From the IMG/VR virus record IMGVR_UViG_3300021511_000007, positions 1,191-65,190 of that record: a DNA stretch of 64,000 nucleotides; one strand, given 5' to 3'. Shown here in pieces: positions 56,401 to 63,917 of this stretch. This stretch comes from a virus. Lineage: Duplodnaviria; Caudoviricetes. The first letter of the stretch is position 1. Each line of letters opens with the position of its first letter. A program made the translations under genes and the position numbers. The notes below the pieces were generated by a model that ran no database searches, was not told where the DNA came from, and saw nothing but the letters and a program-made list of their open reading frames with translations.

Positions 56401-59400
56401 CCACTTCCGAGCCTCGGATAGGTCGAGCGGGGTGTTCTCTGCGGACTCGACAAGCGCCTCGCTTGCTGCCGCCTGGGTAGGTGGGTGCGCGGGAGTAGTT
56501 ATCTCAGCTTTCTCCGCCTCGCTGCGCTCCCAAGACTCCCGATTCATCCGCTGTACGTCCGCTGTACGTGCAGACCCTTCCGCCCATTCGTCAGTGGCTG
56601 CCAAACGGTCCAGTGCGCCCATGTCGGGCTCCGTGAAGCCATCGGCTACCAGTTCATCCAGTGCAGCTTCGGGAGTCTCTACGGTGCTGTGGGAGAAGAA
56701 TCCGCTCTTATCGAACCGTTGAGAACGATACTTGCCCTCTTCGGACGAGTCGGGAAGAATCAGCGCCCATTGATCTCGATCCGGGTGCTTCAGTTCCAGG
56801 CCGAGGGCTTTGCCGTTATTGCCGGCCATCGCGGCATCTTTGGCTTTCTTGGCTGTGGCAGCCTTGCCTTTCTTGTGCATCTCACTGATGGCCCGGCGTA
56901 TCTGCACTTTTGTATGGGTGCCTTTCGCGCCGTTCGGCAGGAAAGCCTCAAGCTCGAAGGCATCCGCCATCGATAATCCCTTGGTCTCGGCGTAGCCTAC
57001 GGCCTCCCCGAAGTCCAGCCCTGCCGGCATGGCTTTCCCGAGATTCATGCCGCGACGATCCGCCTCGGCTCTGGCAGCAGCAGCCGCCTGCTCTTCGGTC
57101 AGCCCCGCGTCTTCCGGCCAGCGGGTACGAAACGTCCCGTCATCGTAGAGTATGACGCGCGTTTCCTTCCCCGTGTCTCGGTTGAATACCTCGAACTCGT
57201 TCTCATTGCGGTATCTGTTTTTGAACTTGGTCGTGGTTCGCGGCGTTACCTCTCCCGCCTCTCCTGCTTCCGCTTTCTCTTCAGTCTTTGGCGTCTTTGA
57301 CTTCGCACTCGGTTGTTTCTCCTGCTTGGTTGTTGAACTACTAACCGGAGTCAATTCAGTAGTTGGCTCCGCCCACTTCAGCTCCCCGCGCATTCCGATG
57401 CGAGTGAAGAGAATATCCAGCCGCATCGCAGCGGGAGTACCATCTTCCACCTTTCTGGCCAGGCGCCGGATTCGTGTCTTGATATTAGCCACTGCCGCTT
57501 TGTCGCCAATGGCTTCTTTGTAGGCCGTGCCTATGGCATTGGCGCGCTTCAGGAGTCGGGCTTGCTTCGTCCTTTCCGCGTCGGATGCCTCCACGTTGGG
57601 TGCAGTAGCAGGTTCCGTTGAAACTGGAGGAGTTTTCGCCTTGGGTGTCGCAGAAGATCCAGTCTTTGCCCGCTTACTCTCAGTCTTCCCTGCCAAATTG
57701 TCAGGCGCGGCTTCGCCCCCAGCTTTTTCAGTCCTTGTATCAGTAGGCGGTTGTACGTCACTTTTTACTCCAGCGCCACCTCCAACATCCTGACCGCCCG
57801 TTCCTGCACGTCCATCAACTGCTCCTTCAGCACCTCGTTGTCGTTCTCGCTGCGTTCCAGCCGCAGACTCAACTGCTCGATTGTCTTCTCGCGGTGCGCC
57901 AACTCCCGCTTCATCGCGTCCCTCCTGCTTTGAAGGTCGTTCGCCCGCGCCGCCATCTCCGTGTTCGCGGCCCGAGACATCTCCACTTTCGCCCGCTCGA
58001 CCTTGAGTCGATACCGCAGGCCCTTTTTCGAATTCGGGTTCGTCTGCTTTCCGTCGATCCTCAGCTTGAATTTTTGTGACATTCTCTTCCTCCCATTCGT
58101 TGTTATTGCGATCCCGCCAAACATCAGCCTCACCGGCAGAGACTACCGGGGTGCCGTCTCTCAGGATGTGGGTCGGGGTGAAAGCTCCGGATACCGGCTC
58201 ACCAGCGGGCTCCCGTTCCCGTGTTTCAGCCGCAGGAGCAGGAATTGGAACTCCAGCCCGTGGCGAGGGCTTTTCGGGTGTGGCTTCTTGTTTTTCGGCA
58301 CTGGTTACCTCTTCAGTTTCAGGCGGAACAGCGGGAATATCTTCTTGCGCGGCTTCAGGCGCTCTCGGGGGGTGGATTTCAAACGTACCATCTTCATTCT
58401 TTTGGATCTCCCAATTCGGCTTATTTCTGTTCCTGCGAACAGCCATGGCCGCGCGACGGCTCTTGATGGGCTTGCCGCTCTTGGTGGTGGTTATCGGGGT
58501 TCGGTCTTTTTTCCGCCGAACCGCAGCATCTGTATCTCCTGATTGTGCACGCTTTCGTGCTTCACGCTCCGACCCGGACGTTATCCCCAGCACTCCTCTG
58601 CGCTCAACGCGATCCGCTACGGCCCGGTCAAGCTCCGCCTGCTGTCCAGCAACACCTTCCGGGGTTACCGCAAGCGTCCCAGACGGCACGGGCAGTTGAC
58701 GTGCTTCCATGTCCTCCAGTGCTTCGCGCAAGCCCCGAGTTTCTGTTTCTTGGGAGCTGAGAACAATATTCTCTACTGGAATCGGGCCGGTATCTTCCAC
58801 ATCGATACCCGTCTGTAGCGGCCGCGCCTCGATGTTCTCCGCCTCCAACTCCTCCACAATGATTCCTTCGGTGGAAACGGGGGGTAGGCCGATATCCGCC
58901 AGTCCCGCTGGTGCTGCACCCGGTGCGGATGGGGGTGTGCCGCCGGGAGCTCCTTGCTGCTCGGACAGCACCCGCGCAGCCTCCTCGGAATAGAAAACAT
59001 CCTCCTCGGAAACGATGGGTGCCCCGACTTGAATCTGTCGTACCGAGTGCTCCATCCACATCTTCTGCAACGCGGGGTCTTTGATCTCCCCCGCCACGGC
59101 CCTTACCGCGTCCATGCGCTGCTCCGGCGAAGCATTCGCATCCGCCAGCGTGCCGGCGAGCTTCTTCCGCTGCGCCATACCGATAGGCTCTGCCATGCCC
59201 ATGAGCGCAACACTCATCAGGATGGTGGGCATGATCACGCCCTTGGTGGAATCCCAATTGGGCATTTCCCCGGCGCCGGCTTCGGCTTCAACGTATTGCT
59301 GCCAAACTGTTTGTACAATTTCCGTACTGACTTCCGCACCGATAACCTTGAGTAGATCCGTAAACAGTGCGCCGGGCTTGCGCATGACGGACGTGGCAGC

Positions 59401-60339
59401 CTTGACAGCGTTCTTTTTTACGGAATTCGGCAGAAGACGCAGCACCTTGAAAAGCGGGAACATGGAGAGTCCTTCACCGATACTTTCGCCCGCGCCCGCT
59501 TTCAGCCCCGCTGGCTTGGCAATCTCCATTGCCTGCTCATGCGCGGCAGTTTTCGGCACACCCTCTTTTAACAGCCGCTCGTTGTTCGCCTTGTATACTT
59601 TGTCCTCGGTTTCCTGCGCAGCGGACCCGAAGAAGCCAGCCAACATGCCGGCGGTTCCCAGCCATGCCCCTGCTTTCGCTCCGAGCGCAGCGCCCGGAAC
59701 CGCGCCCACGCCGAAGCCGCCAAGCGCGCCGATACCACCCCCGACAAGAGCACCAAGCCCCGCGCCAACCAAAGGAGGCGCAACCGAAGGACCGATCATC
59801 TCGGCAGCTTCGCCCGCACTTCCGTGAACACTGAATGCATCAGCTTGTTTCTTCGCTCGTGCAGTCAGTGACTGCTTGTACTCCGGGTTGCCCTGCAACC
59901 ACTGCTTTGCGTTTTCCTGCGTTTCGATGCCCCAGTCCCGCATCGCGGTACTTCCGCCTTCGGGGTCGAAGTATTCTGCGGCCTTCCCCGTCATCTCCGG
60001 AATGCGGACCATCGCGGTACGGGCGAGTCCCCGGCCAACTTCGTCAATGCCACCCATGAACCCTTCTTCGCCAACGGGGGGTGGTACGGCTATGTCTTCT
60101 TCCGGGAGTTGTACTGTTCGGCGAAGGGCCTGCGCTCGGCTTTGTTCCTTCGTTCTCGGTGTTTCCGGCACATTGTCGGCCCCGAAAAACTCCTGGTCAA
60201 AGCCTGCTTCGTCGAACCTGCTTGGTGTTTTTTGTGGGCTTCCCGCCTCAATGCCGGCAATGCCGCTTGGTGCCTCGTCGGCCCCGAAAAACTCATCGTC
60301 GAACTTCCTGGAATCGAATGCCATGTCACTTCCGATCAT
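47440..60339 (-). CDS. Giant polyvalent virion/ejection protein (4299 aa)
   Basis: Gly-rich hydrophobic N-terminal segment; 'TGW..G.D.KWRFE.SD' (LPD23-like) with HEISH zincin motif; second HEGTH; 'EEVQSDW.Q.GR' domain; two ART-PolyVal-like units ('VVDAEGRPLVVYHGT...QIKSA'); LPD38-like C-terminus ('TVNFNRKG...YFKIPLPWGYN'). Confidence 0.85.
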   Translation of the reverse strand: MIGSDMAFDSRKFDDEFFGADEAPSGIAGIEAGSPQKTPSRFDEAGFDQEFFGADNVPETPRTKEQSRAQALRRTVQLPEEDIAVPPPVGEEGFMGGIDEVGRGLARTAMVRIPEMTGKAAEYFDPEGGSTAMRDWGIETQENAKQWLQGNPEYKQSLTARAKKQADAFSVHGSAGEAAEMIGPSVAPPLVGAGLGALVGGGIGALGGFGVGAVPGAALGAKAGAWLGTAGMLAGFFGSAAQETEDKVYKANNERLLKEGVPKTAAHEQAMEIAKPAGLKAGAGESIGEGLSMFPLFKVLRLLPNSVKKNAVKAATSVMRKPGALFTDLLKVIGAEVSTEIVQTVWQQYVEAEAGAGEMPNWDSTKGVIMPTILMSVALMGMAEPIGMAQRKKLAGTLADANASPEQRMDAVRAVAGEIKDPALQKMWMEHSVRQIQVGAPIVSEEDVFYSEEAARVLSEQQGAPGGTPPSAPGAAPAGLADIGLPPVSTEGIIVEELEAENIEARPLQTGIDVEDTGPIPVENIVLSSQETETRGLREALEDMEARQLPVPSGTLAVTPEGVAGQQAELDRAVADRVERRGVLGITSGSEREARKRAQSGDTDAAVRRKKDRTPITTTKSGKPIKSRRAAMAVRRNRNKPNWEIQKNEDGTFEIHPPRAPEAAQEDIPAVPPETEEVTSAEKQEATPEKPSPRAGVPIPAPAAETREREPAGEPVSGAFTPTHILRDGTPVVSAGEADVWRDRNNNEWEEENVTKIQAEDRRKADEPEFEKGPAVSTQGRAGESGDVSGREHGDGGAGERPSKQEGRDEAGVGAPREDNRAVESAAGTQRERQRGAEGAVDGRAGTGGQDVGGGAGVKSDVQPPTDTRTEKAGGEAAPDNLAGKTESKRAKTGSSATPKAKTPPVSTEPATAPNVEASDAERTKQARLLKRANAIGTAYKEAIGDKAAVANIKTRIRRLARKVEDGTPAAMRLDILFTRIGMRGELKWAEPTTELTPVSSSTTKQEKQPSAKSKTPKTEEKAEAGEAGEVTPRTTTKFKNRYRNENEFEVFNRDTGKETRVILYDDGTFRTRWPEDAGLTEEQAAAAARAEADRRGMNLGKAMPAGLDFGEAVGYAETKGLSMADAFELEAFLPNGAKGTHTKVQIRRAISEMHKKGKAATAKKAKDAAMAGNNGKALGLELKHPDRDQWALILPDSSEEGKYRSQRFDKSGFFSHSTVETPEAALDELVADGFTEPDMGALDRLAATDEWAEGSARTADVQRMNRESWERSEAEKAEITTPAHPPTQAAASEALVESAENTPLDLSEARKWLLAEIDKRITRAPSYKDKKFNKVVSEGVDEKKPWTSVPLQVIAGTTTIDVPGDGKFTLVNIKERLRDFRGKVSKSTGFNETQRKRSLGRRGGSITATIKEFETSNNPDDIRNAIELRRLRGEDVTKLEARLPGIDEAWDDRTRSSAGWRVPIAGDAVVSTRGRGIVSKTKKGLIVGPGGMDRGANGQVLLAGDWRVEGDTADKSKFVKPAPAKAELPRAPRVSASDIPQDLAHAAHAGSSMVPEKRAEQERQGYISEMNDAYAQMRKAAEAGGTLDQLDSEFTSYKGGYLKRKRALLGAESRTLSSMVTGPSNFPTRRNQKALDTAQKRREELLEYADKALARAKRNLRPDLAPIKSGESGTLAKLKAKLSTLEDSQEKMKAGNKIVRSKKLSAEEKARKLKDLGFSEALVKETLTPDSMGRVGFPAYLLSNNRANITRLKERVTTEEKRAVTTEDVTIKFEGGSVELDYGANRLRIHHDEKPSADVRGELKANGFRWSPKAGAWQRQLTDNAKMAATRVVGVSFDTPKPSYAGTKAATANKHALARAVQMEREGATNEEIRKETGWAVGLDDKWRFELSDEDMSLKENPKSQPGRRGTPPHWKLGDLIDHPTLFEAYPELLDVKVETSARGSWYNPKTDTIGVTNVGEAKRLDALVHEISHRIAALEGFARGGSVKEFQPGLLSKTVDPGKALRLSKTLYRERYEGKRQQDFPDTEGNVFRLVSLAAKEGDRKKALEYARQAIPIDKYRRLAGEIEARDAALRRLLTDKQRSDLEPYVAQGVSKEDAIVAYGNARGNMRHQARAAKQRAKHADLGPQHEALAELRKQLSDEFGKARIARMEKNGTLKLHYLAGEMPGGGKYSDAQGIYLDGVVHLNAENTSNAVEGLAAAVLSHEGTHASEKGKGRTKEVLGVGFDNFHGQLSALRDKGDEAAVSAFERVPGDTPAADRASEEVAYFVEEAYQRIQAGKGGTLSARARRLYRQIVAAAKAWYMNTSMGKGANFRITDELAVALVKQSIGRAGAARRGRSGRSEARTFPKFYSELTRQIQKLNQPKAARGQWLGMIRNLPQKGVKQAEIDWSGVQGWLREQEGPVTKGQLLDYLKSQEVDVEEVTLSNAVGEYDSSVDEAARETFESEFNAEDSDWSEWMADTVSEEVEGAWNDPSHRIWARLGADKAYYRDQFRDEEGVLDEAGKNGAEWQFQDDAKELGWEALFENEALNDFREEAWDNTQQTYIDAENSNREDAEVEMGGDPDSDDSAKYAEYQMPGERENYRELLLMLPYLEGEPYKGPHFDEEDVVVHLRFNEREIGGKKTMFVEEVQSDWAQEGRKKGYDSTPRWELEGRNGDVIGVFATLDEAQDAAKRHNRPGHFIRQIKPTGVPSIPFKQTNQWALLGMKRAIRWASENNFEQVAWTPGEVQTERYRSALRKGVDRVAWTKEKDGIRLVGTKGGRQVIDTTEAESALSDAIGKAMGDKIISDPNQSGVLEGDDITISDTGMAGFYDKILPKAVGKFIKKFGSKVGVSQVGGQDVWTFPVTDKMQKSAMEGMPLFSRKPAPDIRYSRAKPLPATIEVAGVARPTTNSEGKPIHPTEEGVRNFWGWFKNSRVVDAEGRPLVVYHGTAADIGSFNREFGGWVTDAESAKKGFFFSSSQMTASDYAEYADQGTGNAELLDLWQKVHNALSGRLAHKMGSKGYNDALAEAATYKPKIAEIIKTSPGHVVYPVYLKTDNPVIKDQDGKSFRGETYSKLIDVAMESGKDGAIIKNTIDNEIDEVEDIYVVFDPTQIKSAIGNTGAFSPTSPDIRYSRAKPLPATIEVAGVARPTTNSEGKPIHPTEEGVRNFWGWFGGSAVVDAEGRPVPQYHWSDSEFTEFDMRLSGEGAHFGTAQAAEDRARGMDRIEYEIEEDEGDFFVFADTGPTEGEGLGPFPSERDAKAFVVKQPKTIPPTAAYLRMENPIRLSDLGTWGDWSIISSLPEGTISDKESDAIMSADDRYGALRATLLKRGVDGFVYQNEMEDKGSDSYIAFFPTQIKSATDNVGTFSPTDPDIRYSRAKKGATAGKRAPSTTFDLPEKSDLTDTLLYHIHDKFRSLYKVQRELGELPEEQDAYLAETQYHGKARARMDKLHKERIEPLLQVMADGNLTVEQVDEFLYARHAPEANARLRRINARRHLKDLISAKENGQEANRIQKEMDAIHKELKNDPAKLRDEYLDLLNAELTNVASAEEQAVADRWAAFSEKPSGMTDKESADIRHRTGGNTALQDVGSKVDAMTAARVDALEQDGLLTPEEAAAWRGAYKHYVPLKREGFDDRMPGKGKGKSVGGREAKVRGGSTRRAVDLLANTVAQSEISLIRGDKMRVGRALYEMVKAKPHESFWSVDEDKKQAGYDDYGNVVMYPDAREYDNQVKVKIDGVQHTIEFDETNDHAMRIAKAVKNLDNQAGPIINALSRVNRFLSFVNTSASPEFMISNALRDIQTAAYNLSDTDADALRGKILKSVPKAIKGIHKAIRGDGKSEWAKWYRDFEEHGGKVGWMDNYESIEDRRKKLQNEVKRLKGHTPRKVFHDVMQFIEDYNAIVENGVRLSAYKNAVESGMSKNKAAQLAKELTVNFNRKGASGQVINSLYLFANAGIQGSMRILRGMKYSPKLRRMAYATIGAAVVLDMVNRAMGGDDDDGEALYDKIEDHVKERNMIFMHPDGSGDYFKIPLPWGYNVLWVIGNSIGSAADGARGANPEYKTMESGWNVISAFLGAFNPLQAGTPLQTLAPTVADPLVQIAENKSWSGNPLKPEHSPYDKTPKPEYQMFWSSSRPVSQAIAKVLNDLSGGDEVEPGAMNISPEWLDVAWDSITGSAGRFLADSIGTPLKAVTGEDIKAREIPFVRRLAGGKSEFANSGLYRERSREVLTAREQLKHYRGDPKKLAEVRRDKAGLLKLRGLTAISEKRLRVLRKRLKRARTDAARDRIKWLMRQIHTRFNARYRVVVLQQW
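50822..51723. repeat. About 170-bp direct repeat preceding each ART-like unit
   Basis: 50822-50990 and 51554-51723 are near identical, offset 732 bp; both encode DIRYSRAKPLPATIEVAGVARPTTNSEGKPIHPTEEGVRNFWGWF. Confidence 0.9.
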
Positions 60340-62101
60340 CCGTTAGTTGACCAGCCTCAATAAATGCCTCCATGTCCTTCAGCTTCTCTTTGTACTCTGC
60401 CGATCCCGGCTTTAGTCCAGCCTCTTTCATCTTCGCCATATATTCTGAAGCGGTTCGTTTTTGCCCGCTCCGGCCACCCTTGAACTCGCCGGTATATGGG
60501 TTGAACATCTGCGTTTCCTGCCCCGATGGAATTCCGCCCTCGTACAGTGTTCGATTGACCGATTCCCACTGCTTCAGCGGCGACGGCGGCTTAACCCCCA
60601 GCCTTGCCTGATACTCCTGCGAAGCGCGGTCCAATCCACCTTGCTGTGCTTCGTGTTGGATTGCCGCTTGGTTTAGCACCGCCTCCATCCGGTCATCTTC
60701 GCCGCTTTGGTTGATCGCTGCCATTTCGCTCAGTCCAGCGGCATACTTCGCCCGTCGCTGATCAAAATCCTGCTGCATACCGCTCCGGATCTTTTCTCTA
60801 CCCATCGCGCCGGAGTCTTCGTGCGCTCTACCGCGATATCCCGCTCTACGCCCCTTGCCAACGTTGTACCGGCTGCGCGTGTCGCCGTAGCGGCTCTCTC
60901 CTTCTACGCCCACTTGAGCATTCCGAATAGCCGTCCGCTCGGCATGCGGGGACTGCACGTTGAGCGCTGAACTAAGTCCTTGGGCTTGCTTCATTCGTTC
61001 ATTTTTTGCGCGGAACCGTGAAACAAGCTCAGGAGTAGTTGTGGCTGCCAAGCCCCCGCCTTGCTGCATCGTTGCCGCCTGCCCCGGCATGGATGCGGGA
61101 ATACCACGCCCTCCACCATACGCTGCTGCCTCCGTGCCGCCGGGAATATTTGAATACTGCACTTGCCCGAATTGTCCCTGCTGATCCGGTGGAACCATTC
61201 GGCCTTGAATGCCGCCGTAGCCCACATCGAAGGCGGCGGGAGGTGGTTCCGCCGTTTGTGCCTGAGCGGGGTCCAGCCCAGAACCGGGAGTGAAGCTGAG
61301 CTCGAACTGGTTTTGTTGCGGCAGCGAGGGTGTTCCCATCTGCGGGGTGGCTGCCTGCGGCAGCCCGGGGGGCGCGGCCATGGGTGGCTGTTGCTGCGCA
61401 GGTGCGACTGTGGGCGGTTGCGCAGGTGCTTGCGCCGAAGTATCCGGGAGCATCCCGCCGAACCAGTTGCCAAGCTGTGCGGCGGAGCGTTGAATATTGT
61501 CGCCCGCGTAAGTGAAAGCGTCCATGAGGCCACCTCCGACATCTCCTAGTGCCTGCGCACCTCCCACTGCTGCACCGACACCGGGAATCATCGGCGCGGC
61601 ACTGGAGGCGACATCGCCCATGCTTGGCGCTGCGTTGATCAAGCCCGTGTTGCCAGGTGCTTGCTGCGGCACTGTAGGGGCATAGGTAACACCGCCTGCT
61701 CTCCGGCCTGGAAGGTTGTATTCCAAGCCCGCGCCCTTGCCAGCACGGCGCCATGGGAGTGAATCATACCCTTGGGGCGGAATTGGAGGAGGTGCGACGG
61801 GGGCCAAGCCCTGAAGTGCTTCCGGGATAACGGGGTAGATTGGATTGTACCCAGCCGGGTTGCCTCCCAAAGGCGGAGCCACCGGGTCTGGCTGCGCCGG
61901 CCGCATTGCGTCCAACATCCCGGCACCGGACAATCCGCCATAGATTGGATGCCCCGCAATGTTCTGCGCCGCGCTCGGATACATGTCCGGGCGAGACGAA
62001 GCAGAGGAAAGATACCCTGGTTGCTGCTGTGTTTTGCCCCCGGTTATTGCGGTCTTCAGTGACCGTTTCCGAAGTTTCTCATCCTCGCCGTATGTCGCCA
62101 T
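60326..62101 (-). CDS. Pro/Gln/Gly-rich internal virion (ejection) protein
   Basis: Low-complexity ORF directly upstream of the giant gene; probable start MATYGED at 62101 after GAGG. Confidence 0.65.
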   Translation of the reverse strand: MATYGEDEKLRKRSLKTAITGGKTQQQPGYLSSASSRPDMYPSAAQNIAGHPIYGGLSGAGMLDAMRPAQPDPVAPPLGGNPAGYNPIYPVIPEALQGLAPVAPPPIPPQGYDSLPWRRAGKGAGLEYNLPGRRAGGVTYAPTVPQQAPGNTGLINAAPSMGDVASSAAPMIPGVGAAVGGAQALGDVGGGLMDAFTYAGDNIQRSAAQLGNWFGGMLPDTSAQAPAQPPTVAPAQQQPPMAAPPGLPQAATPQMGTPSLPQQNQFELSFTPGSGLDPAQAQTAEPPPAAFDVGYGGIQGRMVPPDQQGQFGQVQYSNIPGGTEAAAYGGGRGIPASMPGQAATMQQGGGLAATTTPELVSRFRAKNERMKQAQGLSSALNVQSPHAERTAIRNAQVGVEGESRYGDTRSRYNVGKGRRAGYRGRAHEDSGAMGREKIRSGMQQDFDQRRAKYAAGLSEMAAINQSGEDDRMEAVLNQAAIQHEAQQGGLDRASQEYQARLGVKPPSPLKQWESVNRTLYEGGIPSGQETQMFNPYTGEFKGGRSGQKRTASEYMAKMKEAGLKPGSAEYKEKLKDMEAFIEAGQLTDDRK

Positions 62102-62181
62102 GACCTGCCTCATAAACACAAAGGGACCGGGGCGGCCCCGCTTCATATGAGTTTAGCAAAAACAAGACGAAAATGCTCTTG

Positions 62182-62301
62182 GGGCGTACTGGGCATACTG
62201 GGCATACTGGGCGTACTGGGCATACTGGGCATACTGGGCGTACTGGGCATACTGGGCATACTGGGCGTACTGGGCGTACTGGGCGTACTGGGCATACTGG
62301 G
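62182..62301. repeat. 9-bp tandem repeat (GGGC[A/G]TACT) x13
   Basis: Thirteen units plus GGG; variant order G,A,A,G,A,A,G,A,A,G,G,G,A. Confidence 0.95.
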
Positions 62302-62322
62302 TGGCGTGCAGTCTAGTCGCTG

Positions 62323-62526
62323 TTAGCTTGCTTTATAGTAATAGCATCTACCCTGGGTCGGCATTGGTATATGTGGATGGCACCCATCGTGCCTTAACGT
62401 AAGTCTCCAGTGCTGGCAGAAATGAGGCTCTTTTTTATCCGACTGGTCTTTCTCTTGAGGCGTCAGATATATGCAGCCATCACAAAAGTCGCCTTTCACC
62501 CCTGTATTCGTTGCCGCCGTTGACAT
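62323..62526 (-). CDS. Small Cys-rich protein (inverted cassette gene)
   Basis: Bounded by GTTAGCTT (62322) and AATCTAAC (62545); stop lies in the core site. Confidence 0.65.
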   Translation of the reverse strand: MSTAATNTGVKGDFCDGCIYLTPQEKDQSDKKEPHFCQHWRLTLRHDGCHPHIPMPTQGRCYYYKAS

Positions 62527-62545
62527 ATCGCCACCCCCAACCAGA

Positions 62546-62930
62546 ATCTAACATCAGCTTCAACGCAGACCGCGTATTGCGGACCGGCCCCTCGTTCTCT
62601 CTCTCCACCCTGTCTGGGTGCCGGTCTTTCCCGGCGGTCTTAGGCTTTCGCCATCCGACATGTATCGGAGTCCACCTTTAATCCAAGGCCGGTAATTCAT
62701 CAGTCTCAAGTGCTTCGTTGCTGTTTACAACGATTCGGCCGCTTCAAACGGCTAGGTTGCCCATTTGCCCATCCTCAGTTGCTACTCGGTCGTTCTGGCG
62801 AGCCGAGGTACGCCGTATCAAACACATAACCAATCATTCCAAGGCGACCGCCCAATCCTCGGCGGTCATCCTCATATCACCCCCATCCAGAATCCAACAA
62901 CTGTATTAAACCGGCTCGCCCCGAATGTGG
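62546..62930 (+). mobile_element. Two degenerate attC-like sites
   Basis: ATCTAAC-atcagcttcaacgcagaccgcg at 62546 and ACATAAC-caatcattccaaggcgaccgcc at 62824; right arms decayed. Confidence 0.5.
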
Positions 62931-62978
62931 TTTCTATTCGACCATTTTCCCGACGCCGGGAAAATGGTGCCGGTAGAT

Positions 62979-63155
62979 TCAGAAGAGCGCAAGCTCCGTC
63001 CAGGCAGCCAGCAGCAATGCGACGCCGATCGCTCCGACAATAATTCCGCTATGTTTCCATGATCTTCTTTTCCACGCCCCATACGCTAATACAGCGCCGC
63101 TTGCTACCGAAAAAAGGCCAACCACGGCTATAAGCAGAACAGGGGTTATGCTCAT
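62979..63155 (-). CDS. Small two-TM membrane protein (58 aa)
   Basis: Hand translation MSITPVLLIAVVGLFSVASGAVLAYGAWKRRSWKHSGIIVGAIGVALLLAAWTELALF. Confidence 0.55.
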   Translation of the reverse strand: MSITPVLLIAVVGLFSVASGAVLAYGAWKRRSWKHSGIIVGAIGVALLLAAWTELALF

Positions 63156-63275
63156 GGGGACGCCCCCCGTTTATGCATGGTAGTTAGGAGGCAAGCCGGC
63201 GACCACCGTGCGACCGGAGGGTGTGATTTAACACAGCCGCCGACTTGCCATATTTGGTTCGGCATTGCCGCATCC

Positions 63276-63470
63276 TTACTCGCAGTCTACGACAACTCCG
63301 GCTCTTCGTCCTCTCTTACCCTCCTCCACTGACTCCCGATCCTCCTCCAGTTCAGACCGGATCAGCCCCCGAATCAGTTGCGAGACGGTTAAATCCCGCT
63401 TTTTGGCCAAGGTCGAGAGAGCGGATTTCAGGTCTTTCGGGACCGCTACGTTGACAAATGTGGATGCCAT
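63276..63470 (-). CDS. Ribbon-helix-helix DNA-binding protein
   Basis: MASTFVNVAVPKDLKSALSTLAKKRDLTVSQLIRGLIRSEL is an RHH/CopG pattern. Confidence 0.75.
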   Translation of the reverse strand: MASTFVNVAVPKDLKSALSTLAKKRDLTVSQLIRGLIRSELEEDRESVEEGKRGRRAGVVVDCE

Positions 63471-63578
63471 GCTGTTGTCTTCTTGTGTTTGTGCAGTACA
63501 AGCATTATACTTTTTTCGTTGAACGTTGCAAGGCCGCACCAAATGCGGCATCAAAATCAACCCCCCGGAGAAAGGCTA

Positions 63579-63917
63579 ATGAACATAGACGACTTGACAA
63601 TAGGCCAGGCAAAAGAATTAACCGCTCTATTTGGAGGAGGCCGGACTACCGTGATGAAGAACGCGGATTACGGCTTGGTGGTGTGCCAGTTTATCGGGCG
63701 GTTCGTGTTCGTCGCGAACATGCGGATAGAGGATGGATTTTGTGTTCTGAAGAACGTCAAAAATGTGCGCTATTGGAAGGAGCGGGAAAATGGCCTCGGC
63801 GATCTTGCTGCGAAGGGGCCGATCAGTGGGGATAAAATAGATAGTTGGCCAAACCAGCTTGTCCCCGTGGATAAGTTGGGGCCGTTTATGCCTGCGTCGC
63901 CGGAGTATTGGCCATGA
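63579..63917 (+). CDS. Phage hypothetical protein (DUF6948-like)
   Basis: 'MNIDDLTIGQAKEL...NVRYW....GLGDLA.KGP'; GGAG RBS. Confidence 0.7.
   Translation: MNIDDLTIGQAKELTALFGGGRTTVMKNADYGLVVCQFIGRFVFVANMRIEDGFCVLKNVKNVRYWKERENGLGDLAAKGPISGDKIDSWPNQLVPVDKLGPFMPASPEYWP

Noticed and set aside
62182-62301. CRISPR array
   Set aside because: Contiguous 9-bp units with no unique spacers, and no cas genes.
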